Origin: Adineta vaga
Lineage: Eukaryota > Animalia > Rotifera
Direction: 5' to 3'
Length of the DNA stretch: 64,000 bases
Assembly: GCA_021613535.1 (NCBI GenBank)
Contig: CP075497.1
Span: 12,028,001 to 12,092,000 of the forward strand
Shown here in pieces: positions 42,777 through 55,115 of this stretch; position 1 is the first letter of the stretch; each line of letters starts with the position of its first letter. A program made the position numbers and the translations under genes. Under the pieces are notes generated by a model, which was not told where the DNA came from, ran no database searches, and saw only the letters and a list, made by a program, of their open reading frames with translations.

Positions 42777-42919
42777 TTTTTCTTTCAATCTAGTCATTAA
42801 TTTCTTTTACATATATATATAGTTCTGTCAGATATTTTCGTGTGTATGTTTTTTGAAGAAGAATTTTTTTGTGTTAGAAGAAAAAAAAACAAGACGAAAA
42901 ATGATAATTTGTTCTAGAA

Positions 42920-43297
42920 ATGACTTTATATGAAATTCTTGGTGTTTCACCGGATTGTTCATCTGAACTTCTTCGACAAGAATATCATCGTTTATTACTT
43001 GAATATCATCCTGATAAAAGGAAAACCAATGATTCATCCACACAAAATCGATTTGAACAAATTCAAAATGCATATAAAATTCTTTCCAATACGGAACTTC
43101 GATTAAAATATGATCAAGAACAAGAACGTCAACATTTGCATACACTTCCACATACAAATATTGATTCAAATGATTTTGATGATGATAATCAATATACTTG
43201 TCGATGTGGAACTGTTTTAGAAATCGATCAAGATATTAATTTTGATATTATTGAATGTCCAAATTGTTCTATGAAAATCGAATTAAAAAATAAATAA
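42920..43297 (+). CDS. DNAJC24: DPH4/DNAJC24 (J-domain + CSL zinc finger), intronless
   Basis: TLYEILGV..YHPDK J-domain followed by YTCRCG..IIECPNCS. Confidence 0.9.
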   Translation: MTLYEILGVSPDCSSELLRQEYHRLLLEYHPDKRKTNDSSTQNRFEQIQNAYKILSNTELRLKYDQEQERQHLHTLPHTNIDSNDFDDDNQYTCRCGTVLEIDQDINFDIIECPNCSMKIELKNK

Positions 43298-44093
43298 AAA
43301 TGACATCTTTATCAGCTAGATCTTTCGTTCAATCAATATGTTACTAAAAGTTCTAATATTCATTTCGACTGACTTTAAAGGACATCAAAAACAAGCAACA
43401 ATCATATAAGTTTTCTGTCTATCTTCACACAGTTCATATTTTATTATATTGCTGTAGAGAAAAGGTAGGGCAACTAACTGGTATTCTCAAGATCTTTATA
43501 AGACCAAAAGAACTGAGAGGTGGCGGAATGGAAAGGTGGTGTATCGATGCCCTCAAGACTCCTCTTTCTAATAGGGAAAGGCGCAGATCTCTATCTTATT
43601 TCTATCAAAATTTATCCAATGTATAACCAAGTCTTTTTCTTTTGCTGCTTCTATGATGCTTATGAATTTTCAAAATTTTTCATTTATATTCAAAGTTGTA
43701 CGAGGTAACTAGTTCAGACTATAACAATGTGTAACAAATGCTTGTGTCTATAATTAAATAGTGAAGAAAAAAACTGACATCAACAATTTACAGAACCATT
43801 CATGTATTAAATCGAATATCTACAATGTTTTTGTGTCAATCTTGAAAAAGAGATGACTAGATGGCATCTCGATTTCATCTGAAATGCGAGATGAGGTACG
43901 AAGGCACTGGTTTCTTTGGTTCTCTTTCGCCTTCTTTTGTGACTATTTGTTCTCTTGAAGGTGAGGGTGTATGTATACTCTAATCACATCTTCTGCTTCA
44001 CATTTTTGTATGACAAAGAAAATTCTAATAGTTAAATAAAATTTATTATTGAATGATTAGAATTTCAAGAAATATATTGAAATTAAAATAATT

Positions 44094-44299
44094 TTATGAA
44101 GACCAATGTCTCTCACATCGTGCGCTTACATCACTATAACCTATAAAGAGTGTACATTCGTCGTAATTGAAAGCACACAATTCCATACATCTTCAAATGG
44201 AACAATAAGGTTCATCAAGAGAGAATTCGACTTGAAACATCGGTTTACAATCACTTCCCGTGCAACATGTACAATTACATATATTTCCATATTTTGAGT
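44094..44299 (-). pseudogene. Cys-rich small-domain exon with an in-frame TGA (44195-44193)
   Basis: After a TTGACAG acceptor: SKYGNICNCTCCTGSDCKPMFQVEFSLDEPYCSI*RCMELCAFNYDECTLFIGYSDVSARCERHWSS*. Confidence 0.55.
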
Positions 44300-45342
44300 C
44301 TGTCAAACAAATCAGATTGACCATATGATAAAAAGAAAGATACAAAATAAAACATACTTGAGTTGTTTTTAGATGATTTTAATTAAGAAGATACTTTTTT
44401 GGCTTTGTGCTTATTTCAAATATATTATCAGGTCTTTATAAGAGCCATTTTTAATTCTTTATTTGATAAAACTTAAATGTATCATTGTCAAAGAATATCA
44501 TCATTAATTGCTTTTTGATGAATTTTCTTTTTGATCATGTAGAATATCGAATGACAGACGAAAAGATTAATATCATCTGTTAGTTTTGTTTTTATTTAAA
44601 AGATGATACTCTTCTTTTTAATATTTTATTCGAAAGAACATCTATGTTTCTTTATTTTAGTAAGTACTATCATTGCATATAATTTAACAAAGTCTAATTA
44701 ATTAAACTATTTGTTTTGTGTAATATCAAATGAGAATTTCGAATAAATTATCCTAAATTAAAATTCAATCAAAAGTGTTTTCATTAGAAATACGAGACAT
44801 AAGAGTCAATTAAAAGTAATGCCAGAGGGAGATGCTTTTTTCCTTATAAATTGTTAATGAAAATTTTCTTTGTTTATAAACAAATAGAACATCTTTTCGT
44901 CTATCTTTGTAGACAATTTGATCAATATTCTTACAGAAACATCAGATAAATATTTTTTCATACGATATTAATATTATTTCTAACAAACCAGTGGTTTATG
45001 ATCCATATAAAGTTTTCTTCTGAGAATGAAAGATTAAGGGCGATGGTGGAGTAGTGTATTTTTATCTAATTAATAGTTTCTAAATATATATCTTTCTATT
45101 AAATTCTATTGTTTATAGATGATTTGAACACATCAATACTGACAACAAGGTTTTAATGTAAATTACTTTTACATACGTCACCTGAATGACTCAATATTTT
45201 CATTGACGGAGGGTCATTCATCCGTGCGACGGAGTATAAGTATTAAAATGAGCCGCACATGATATTTTTTTGTAATATTCACGTATTTGCTTTATAAGAC
45301 ACGTGTTTCGTGTTTGATTGTCGACGAAAAATAGCAAAATAC

Positions 45343-47775
45343 ATGGCTTCTCTTGCTCCCAAATCTCCAATTTCAAAAATAAAAGCTCGTTCAACAAATG
45401 GCGAAACCGATTCATTAGAGCATAGTGTTGAAGATGTAACTATTATTTGGTTTGATCAATATATGGATGAATCGGTTAATCCTGAAGATGTGGAAAAAAC
45501 GAAAAGTTTATTACGAAAAATTAATGATTATGTTTTATTTTTTTCCACGCCGGATCCATGTATGGAATATATTAAATCAGTTCCAAAAGAGAAAATCTTC
45601 CTGATCACATCCGGTTATTATGCACTTGAATATCTCGATAAAATTCATTCATTAATACAAATTGATTCTGTTTTTATCTTTTGTGTTTTTCGAAGTAAAT
45701 ATGTACCATTAATGGAGAAATATTCGAAAATTATTGATGTTTTTACTGAACACAAAGATTTAATGACATCATTAACAAATAATGTGGAATTAGTGACAAA
45801 ACAAGCAGCTGTTTTCGGTTTATTCGATGGAAAACAACGACCAACAAGATATTTAACAAGAGAATCAGCTTCATTTCTTTGGTTTCAATTATTAACGGAT
45901 GTTTTAAAATCGATGACAATATCTGATAGAAATAATAGTGGAATCGAAGAAATGCTTATTCATTGTCAAATTTATTATCGAACTAATCGACTTGAACTAA
46001 ACAATATTGAAGAATTTCGTAAAATTTATGTAAGTTTATTCATAAAAAGAATAAAACAAATATAAATATAATTGATTTAGAAACCTGAAGATGCAATTGT
46101 TTGGTATAGTAAACAATCATTTGTTTATCGATCAGTAAATAAAGCATTACGTACAGAAGATATTGAAGCATTGTATACATTTCGTGTTTATATTACACAT
46201 TTACGTACTCAAATTGCTTATGAACATGATCAACTTCGACGAAGATGTCGTAATGCAAAATCGAATATCATACATTTATATCGTGGATTGAAAATGACGA
46301 ATGCAGAAATTGCACAAATGCGTGATAATGTCGGAGGATTAATATCAATGAATGGATTCTTTTCAACAAGTCGAGATATGGAACAAGCCGTTCGATTTGC
46401 AACAAAACCATCACAAAGAAATGAAGTTATAGGAGTTCTATTAGAAATTGATGGAGATGTTAATTTAGATAAAATGATTTTTGCTGATATTGCAAAATTT
46501 AGTATTTATCCAAATGAACAAGAAGTGCTTTTTGATTTAGCAACAGTTTTTAAAATTGTTCATGCGGAATTTGATAAAGGAAGAAATCTATGGATCATTC
46601 AATTATCAGGTATATTGAATAAAACCTTTCATTGTATAGATGAATGTCTTTCTCTGAAACTTACATTGATAATGGATCATTCATTTGTTTTCTTTTTATC
46701 AGGTGTTGGAAAATCATCATATACAGTAAATGAATATATCAAAAGTATTGGTAAAGAAAGTGACGAAACAAATTCTACGCTATTATTCGGTCGATTAGTA
46801 AGTTCTTCTCGATTGTAATCTTACTTTTCAATAGACTTTTTTTTTGTGTCATAGATGTGTGACATGGGTGAATATACAAAATCGGAAAAATATTTCAAAC
46901 GTATTTTAACTTCTCTTCCTCCCAATCATAAAGATATTCCGAATATAAATTTTTATCTTGGACGTGTTTGTTATCTTCGTGGTCAATATAAACAAGCTTT
47001 AGAATCTTATGAGCAAGCTTTAGTTTTACAAAAACATGAAATTGAACCAGAAAAACAATCATTAGACATAGCTCGAACTTTACATAATATCGGAAATATT
47101 TATTTAGATCAAAAACAAACAACTAAAGCTATGGAATATTTTGAAGAAGCTTTAGAAATGAAACGTGCAAAATTAGTTGATAATCTTGATCATCCATCGA
47201 TAGCAACAACATTAACTGCAATTGCAACAATTCATCGACGGCGTGGAAATCTAACAAAAGCATTAGAATTATATCAACAATCTTATGAAATGAAAAAACT
47301 TGCTCTACCAACTGATCATCCATCGATTGCTGATTCATTAAATAATCTTGGCATTGTTTATCAAGAAATGGATGATTATGGACAAGCATTAGATTGCTAT
47401 AAGAAATCTTTAAGAATTAAACAAAAAACATTGCCACCAACACATCCATCGATTAGTGCGACATTAAATAATATTGGAATTATTTATCGAAAAGAAGGAA
47501 ATTATGACCAAGCTTTAAGTTCTTATATGCAAGCATTAGAAATTGAACAATTAACATTATCATCAGATAATTTAGATCTTGCCGATACGTTTAATAATCT
47601 ATGTGTTCTATATTATGAACAATCACAGTATGAGAAAGCTTTAGAAATGGCTGAGTCGAAAATGAATATTTTGAAAAAACATTTCACTGATGATGATGAA
47701 CAAGTGATACAAACAGAGGAGACTATTGAAGAAATCAAACGACAATTAAAAGAAGCTGCAGATGCTTATTTTTAA
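45343..47775 (+). CDS. ADP-ribosyltransferase (R-S-E clade) + TPR repeat protein; introns 46030-46080, 46610-46702, 46798-46854
   Basis: Catalytic motifs LYRG, FFSTS and YPNEQEVLF; about seven 42-aa kinesin-light-chain-type TPRs (HPSIAxxLNNxG); N-terminal alpha/beta region IIWFD..KIFLITSG..IDSVFIFC. Confidence 0.88.
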
Positions 47776-47920
47776 ATCTAGAAAGTTGTTGTATAGATAT
47801 TCTTGTTTCTTGTTTATGTTTTTCAATAAATCTTAGACAAATCGTACAGAAACAGATTAAAATTCTAATGCGCAGTTGATTGACATTCCGCGCCAGATTG
47901 ATCATTTTAAATAAACTAGC

Positions 47921-49318
47921 ATGCCAAAGAAAAAGAAGAAGATTAAAAAATCTGCTCCAAATCCCATTCATTATGTTCAACTTCGAACACATCGTCAATA
48001 TCCAAATGAAGTTCATTATATGTCACATTTGCAAGTACATAATTCCAAACTTCAACCACTTGTTTATGATATTGATCGTTTATTGAATCAAAAATGGATT
48101 CATATTCGTCGATCACAAATCATCACACAATTCGATGAAATTCACAATGAAGAAATTCAAAAGAATTTTCTACATAAAGTAATGAAAGAAATTTCTTTGT
48201 TTGATTCGATTTGTTTATTGTAGATAAATTTAATTGATTATAAATATTTTTCTATTAACAATCAATTTGATGAAAATAATCAATTTCTTCGCGAGATTTT
48301 TATTCGTTCAATTGATACGATCGATCATCTTTTATATTTATATGAACAAATAGAGAAAAATCAACGAAATCTTTATGAATATCGTTTAGATCTATTAAAA
48401 TATGAATTTGAACAAGAACAACAATCATTAAACGATCTTTTTCTTAATAAAGAAATCGTTGAATTAAATAATCAAATAAATATATTAAATGCAATTGAAC
48501 AAGATGATATTCTCAAACAAAATATACAATTTAAATTAGATAAACAACAATTACAAGAAAATTTTATTAAAGATTTAACATTATTACATACAGATTTTCG
48601 AACAGAATTCCTTTCATTAAGATCAACAATAAAAAAAGTTTGTAAATATAATAAAGAAAAAACTTAATATATATAAATATAGATAAACCATTTGAACGGA
48701 CAACAAACGAATACAATTTCGAAAAATTGTCGTCATTTATATGGAAAAACATCTCGATCTCAACAACGCATCGAACAGGAAGTGAAATCGATATCGACAT
48801 TGAAAAGAAAAATTAATGAAACAAAACAATTCATTGATCAAAATCATATAAATCATAGAATAGATGAACTTAAACAATGCACAGTAATTTCCGTAAATGA
48901 AAAACCGATTCAAATCGTCAGTCAAGTGATTTCACAACGAAAATATTTATCAAATAAATCTCAAGTAGTTTTCCGTCGTTTCGTTGTTCTTACTGATAAT
49001 ATTCAAAAAGATCTTCAAAGAAAATTAACAAAAGTTGAGCGAATACTTTTATTAATGAATCAATGTCAACGATTAGAATTAGAAGAAGAAAAACTTCTTC
49101 AAATATCATTTAATAATGATTTAAATCAACATTCTCGTATATGCCAATTAAAAATTGACAATTCGTTTGAAGAATTATCTTTGTTTTATAAACGATTTGC
49201 TCATGTTCAAATGGATCTTTATATTCGAATAGAAGAAAACAAATCTCTGAAAAAATTTCAAAACTTTTTTAGAAAACAAACCAAAATTGCTTTTGGATAC
49301 ATCGACTCTGTTCACTAA
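47921..49318 (+). CDS. CCDC65: Divergent dynein regulatory complex subunit 2 (CCDC65)-like coiled-coil protein, 3 exons
   Basis: MPKK start; KVERILLLMNQCQRLELEEEKLL and LSLFYKRFAHVQMD resemble DRC2 [23 protein letters not shown] and ENFWKRYNKVKLE; introns ~48179-48223 and ~48638-48682. Confidence 0.65.
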
Positions 49319-49861
49319 CATCTCATTGTTTCATATTAAGAATATATACACAAGTTTTTAACCGAATAAAACAATAATGTTTTACAATATCGGCACAGCA
49401 ATGATGGTTTCATATGAACTCAAATGACAATACTAAATCTAACAAACAAAAATCTGTGTACGTATACGAAGGGTCACAATTCCATATATGCAATAGAATA
49501 ACTAATCTGTTGTTCTATTTTATTGAACACTATACAATGTAAAGCATGTTTTTATTTTAAATCTAATTATGTGGAATAGTTCTGTAAGAAAAAACGAATT
49601 AATTACAAAAAAATACATTGATCCTATTTGTAATATATTAGTTCATAGAACTTTAATCAGTTATCGCAAGATAGAGAACAATATTGTTCATTGACACATT
49701 TGTCTCTTTTGAAACGAAAATTTTTATCGTTTTGAGTTCATCTTTGAATGAACAAGTTTTGTTTTTTACATGTTTCTCATCAGTAGAAACACCAGGAACA
49801 AGTAAGGAATGTTGAGTAAAAATAATTGAGTAATTAGGGTGAAAGAAAAATGTTTATGCGT

Positions 49862-50625
49862 TCAAGCATCATGAACGTTATCGTATATACTTAATTCTCT
49901 TCTACGTCTTGAGCAATATTTTAAATAGAACCATTGATCAGAATTTGGATAGAAGAATCGAATAGTAATCATAGCATAACCTGCTAGAATCAGGAATGAT
50001 TCGAAACATAGCATAAACAGTCCATTATCAGTAAAATTCACAAGAGATGAAAATACGACCACTAATATCATAATAATAACTGGTGTTAAAGGTGGACCAT
50101 AAAAGAATATAAGGCAATAAAATATCGAAAATCGTTGATGCAAAAATTGCAAGTTTTCCAATAAATAATGTACGAGATGTTTTGTATATGGTCATAGAAA
50201 GAAAACTTGAAAATTCTGGATATAGATGCAGCACCTGTGAACAATTCTTAATTATCTAATCCTACATTTTAGATTTATTCATAATTGTGACGAATTATGA
50301 GAGTGACTATGCCTAAGTCTTTCGATATGATGGTGTGTTGTGTTATCTGCACACTCACAATCGTGCCTTTCCTTTATTGACCATAATTTATATACACATG
50401 ATATAACAAAGAGATGACAAGGTCAGCTTCCGGTGAGCAGGTCGCATAGGTGAAATATAGATATACATTAACCGTTACAATAATGAATTTATTTAATTGA
50501 ATATGTTCTTTATTTATAATTCCGTGATATTCATATTGACGTCCAAATACGAAAGTGACTATGACAAAAATAAATGTATCAACAGCTAATAAAATCGTAT
50601 ATGATTGAGGGGATATTTGTGACAT
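49862..50625 (-). pseudogene. Disrupted multi-pass membrane protein gene
   Basis: Three consecutive hydrophobic ORFs in different frames (50625-50374, 50234-50028, 50161-49862) with no clean splice solution found. Confidence 0.4.
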
Positions 50626-51848
50626 TTATCTACAAAGAGAAAACGACATGACATGCTTATCGCATTTAACTCTAAAGAAAACGGCAAGATATTTTTCCAC
50701 TTTTCCAGAAATATATTATATTGATTGAATAATAGCAGCTATCTATATCCGGCTTCAGTTTATTTTCGTTTCCTCTTTCTCCTTTTTTCGCTTGTTCATT
50801 TTTGTTAGTTCGTTGAGCAATGGCGAATTAATCGGAAGATATCACTAGACTACTACCCATTTGGGCTCAGAACTACAGAAAACGTTCTTTTCGTATGTTT
50901 TTTCGAACGAAATCGGTTGGAAAGATATGGAACCTGAGGGATCTTGCGAGAAAATCTGACTTTTCTCGGTGTTTCATATCGGTTCTGGAATATTAAATTC
51001 GTTTTTTTAAGACCTGACGTATAACCGAATATGGTTTTTTTCAGTGCTGAATGTCATTACTCTGGATTAAATGCCTACACGTTCAGTAATACAGTGATAA
51101 AAATAATCCTAGTTCCTTCGAGTGAAATGTGTTTGTCTGTCGCAAATTAAAGGTCAAATCGTGAAAATATATCCAAAATCAATTCATCAAATTATATACT
51201 GAGTAGGGATATCAACGCTGCCCGTTTTGGAAAGGGAACTGCAAAGTGACTACCTATTTGTTACGTTCGATTGAGAAGAGTCTAATGTCGTACCATAAAA
51301 GACACAGTGGCTTGTTAAACCTTATCTTTGATTGACCTTTTCTTTTCTGGAGAATGTCTCATTCAATTTACTATCTATTAGCCAGTTGAACTTAGAAAAA
51401 TGAATAAGAGATTAGGATAGTATGCGGTATGATGCCGAGATATACTTCAGCACATCAAAAAAAGTAGTAATTTAAATGACAACTGATGTTAATCGAGATG
51501 GATGAAATATACTAATTATTTATGAACACTTGAACGGAACGAAAAGCTGAGTAGTTCGATTCATTTTTTAAATTGTTTTGAGTTGAAGAATTTAATTTTT
51601 TCTGCGTAGAAATTAGGGAAAATGTATTATGAAATTTTAGAGAAATATTATCAAACAAATCATGACACTTAATCAATCCAATATTGGTTTTGTGTCGAAA
51701 TAAATTGACTTCAAAGTATATGAACATAATTTTACAATTCAATTGATTTCTGTTCTAAATTCGAATGAAATAAATTAACATCTTTATTACCATGATATAT
51801 GTTTATTCAATTAGAAGAAAACAAAATTTATAAAGAATTTCAAAACAA

Positions 51849-52619
51849 TTAACTACTCTCTTTCAGAGTTACATTAGGAGAAAAATAACTATCAGGAACT
51901 GTTTCAAGTAAAAAACGTATTCTATTCAATAATGTTTCGTTTTTTGAACTGAGAACATCTGTGTAAGTTTTTAATTTAGTAAAACGATATTGATAAGGAT
52001 AAGCTCGTAATCCGGTACCATAATTATATAATGCTGATTGTTCGGTATCATGCAAAATGACAAGCGTACTACGACTTGAATATCCAAATAAATCAAATTG
52101 ACGTCGTGGACCAGGTCTATGATCAATAAATACAATAGACCAAGTAGCAGCACTATGTATATCAGCTCGAGCCCATTCAACACCCATTTGACTTTGAACG
52201 TCAACGTGCATCATTTGGTGTAAAGTACTATTTCCATAAAGGGAAATAAAATGATTAACCCATCGTATATCCGAATCTGCTGATAAAACAAAACGTTTTT
52301 GTTCTGTTGATACACAATGTAATATTGGTGTACTTGTTGATCCCATACCTAATTCTAATATTGCACCTGACTCAGTGGCATATGCAGCAGCAAGAAGAAC
52401 AATTGCATGTGAACCATAAGCATTGTCAAGAGGAAATTTTAAATATCTAACAATTGTTTCATTCCATTCTGCTGAAAAATTACTTTTTTCAGTGGATTTT
52501 AGTTCGTTTCCAGCTTTAATTATTGGATTTAGTATAGTTTCATTAGGAGAAAATACACAGAAGAAAATAAATGGACATGTTATAAGACCAATAACAACAA
52601 ACATGCGAGATTTATTCAT
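51849..52619 (-). CDS. Intronless type II membrane protein with a class I SAM-dependent methyltransferase-like domain
   Basis: N-terminal signal-anchor; motif I-like GAILELGMGSTST, VLSADSD, IVFIDH and LVILHDTE. Confidence 0.75.
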   Translation of the reverse strand: MNKSRMFVVIGLITCPFIFFCVFSPNETILNPIIKAGNELKSTEKSNFSAEWNETIVRYLKFPLDNAYGSHAIVLLAAAYATESGAILELGMGSTSTPILHCVSTEQKRFVLSADSDIRWVNHFISLYGNSTLHQMMHVDVQSQMGVEWARADIHSAATWSIVFIDHRPGPRRQFDLFGYSSRSTLVILHDTEQSALYNYGTGLRAYPYQYRFTKLKTYTDVLSSKNETLLNRIRFLLETVPDSYFSPNVTLKESS

Positions 52620-53216
52620 ATTTAATGTTTAATCGTCTGTCTGTCTTTTTTTCAATTCAAACAATTTTACTTTTACTAAACGTGATGACGAAAAAAAAGA
52701 ACGAAAAGGATATTTCTTTACTTTTTCTCAAACGACTTATTTGTTTGTATAGTTTCATAAAGATCTGAGGTAGACTAATCAAAATCATGTGTAGAATTTA
52801 TTTACCGACAAAAGGATATGACCATACTTCTTAGTTTTAGATTGAAAATAGTCTTTGTGACATTTAGCAATCAGTTTAATAAAGAAAAAGGTTTCCAGAA
52901 ACCAACTAGTAGTGACATCTATGAATAATTTGATTTTCATTTTTCGACGATCTTTTCCAAATAAGATCTGAATATAAAAAGATAATTATTTTCCTCATTT
53001 TTATTTAAAACAAATGAGGACCTTCGAATAAAATCTAAATGAGCTTTCAACCAATCATACATCGATTATTCGAAATCGATAAACAACAGACAAGATTTTT
53101 TCAGTGTTTGTTTCTTTCATTTGCTGTACAAAATACGATTAGATATTTCTGAATAATTTCAATTTTTTTTTCTTTCTCTCATTAATTATTTTCTTTTCAG
53201 ATCTCCACCTTTTAGT

Positions 53217-53843
53217 ATGGGTCCAAAAAAAGAAACAAAGGATGCCTCGGCCTCTTCAAAAAAGGCAACTGCTGCTCCCGCAACAGCAACAGCTAGTGCC
53301 AAAAAACCTGTAAAACCTGCAGGTAGTGCTACAACCACCAAAGTTGTTACCAAAGAACGTAAAGAAAAGGTTAAATCAACGGCACTTAAAGCTAAACAAC
53401 GAGTTGTTCGGTAAAGAAATTGAAAACTTGAAGTTTCACATAAAATACTTTTTCATTTTAGTGGAAATCGATTGACACGTAATCGTAAAATCCATACGAA
53501 ACCAACATTTCGTCGTCCATTTACCCTTCGTTTAAAGCGTCAACCTAAATATCCTCGACGATCGGCACCAAAACGTAATCGTCTTGATCACTTTGCCATC
53601 ATTAAATATCCATTAACAACTGAATCGGCAATGAAAAAAATCGAAGATAACAATACATTAGTTTTTATTGTTAACATTCGTGCCAATAAACCAATGATTC
53701 AAAAAGCTGTAAAGAAAATGTATGATGTCGAAGCCGAAAAAGTCAACACTTTAATTCGACCTGATGGTGAAAAGAAAGCTTATGTTAGACTTAAGGCTGA
53801 TCATGATGCACTTGATGTTGCTAATCGTATTGGTATTATCTAA
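53217..53843 (+). CDS. RPL23A: 60S ribosomal protein L23a (uL23) with a Lys/Ala-rich N-terminal extension; intron 53411-53461
   Basis: [71 protein letters not shown]. Confidence 0.98.
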
Positions 53844-54304
53844 ACAATTACAAACAAATGCCAAATCGATACAAGAAAAACAAAAGAAGAATTTCAACGT
53901 TTCTTTTCTTCTTGTTTTGTTTATGCTCAATTTTTCGAAAACAAACACCTAATAAATATTAAGATCATTGAGCATTTATATATATATGTTTCTTTATCTA
54001 AGGATCAATAATATTATTTCAAAACAATTAATAGACTATAAATCCTAGGTTATATTTATATTATTTGTAAACCGAACGACGATTTTTTACAATAGCACGT
54101 TGAAAGATTAGTCTTTTCCTTCGAAAATCAGAGAACTCTATCAACAGTTATTGTAGATCCTATTGATTTTGATTTCAGTTAAAAACTAATATCATAGACA
54201 CCTCTACCGATAATGATAAATACTTGCATCAACAAAATGTATCGGTTCACTTGACTTATCAATATGAAAAAATAACTTTATAAAAGTAAAACTATCCTAA
54301 CTGG

Positions 54305-54711
54305 ATGATCAAACTTGGTTGTATTATACTTTTTTCCATTGAGAGTGCATTTGTCTTTAAAATAGAAGATGTCATTGACAAAGATGATATAATTTTCACT
54401 TGTTAATAATCAAATGATACTTGGAAAAAATGTCTTTCGAATAAAATACAATTTATCTTCTAATTTGTTATCAATTCAAGTAAGAAGACAGTTTATAATC
54501 GGTTTTCTTTTCTTCGATGTTTTTTTCAGATGATGAACACGATAATTCTCTCTTGTAAGTACAACAATATTGATGTTTATTCTAACATTTTTTTAAATAT
54601 GTTTTAGGTGCCAAATTAGAAGTAGCCTTATCTTCATCGTATTTTATTTACAACATATTAACTCATGCTGACGATATATTTTTATCAATCGAAAAGATAG
54701 ATATAAAATGA
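54305..54711 (+). pseudogene. Possible decayed 3-exon small secreted protein gene
   Basis: MIKLGCIILFSIESAFVF..IFTC**SNDTWKKCL..; two well-formed GTAAG..AG introns, but tandem TAA TAA in exon 1. Confidence 0.35.
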
Positions 54712-54875
54712 ATTTGGTACACATGATGTTTTTCTGTATCTTTATGAATATTGATAGCATTTTCTTTTTAAAAAGAAAGAATTTATAATCTGGAATTCAT
54801 TATCTTGATACATTTATGAGGAAAAAACAATTAATACACTAACTAATGAATTGATCGAATATGGTTGACATTCTA

Positions 54876-55115
54876 TTATGATACAGTTGCAAGAATAGAA
54901 ATACTTGATCCAATACCATTTGCTTTTAACCAACAACTGATTGTATAAATTTCTCCAGCTATTGCTTGACTGATGGAATCTGGACATATATCACTGTGAT
55001 CAAGAAGATAAAATACTCCTGTACGAGCATCAGTTTGAACAACTTGATCTGGACTACCTCTCCAAGGCCCATATGGATCACTTTGAATCCATGGAGTAAG
55101 AGAACCGTTTTCAAA
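54876..55115 (-). pseudogene. Remnant of a CBM4/9-like (galactose-binding fold) domain
   Basis: FENGSLTPW..PDSISQAIAGEIYTISCWLK; the expected preceding LIKN lies in another frame, and the frame has a stop just upstream. Confidence 0.55.

Noticed and set aside
50840-51050. Possible CACTA-like MITE ending TTTTTTTCAGTG
   Set aside because: No matching opposite terminus or target-site duplication identified.
53411-53461. Intronic snoRNA in RPL23A; tRNA, rRNA or SL RNA genes anywhere in the window
   Set aside because: The intron is only 51 nt, and I saw no cloverleaf, rRNA or leader sequence by eye; a covariance-model scan would be needed to exclude them.
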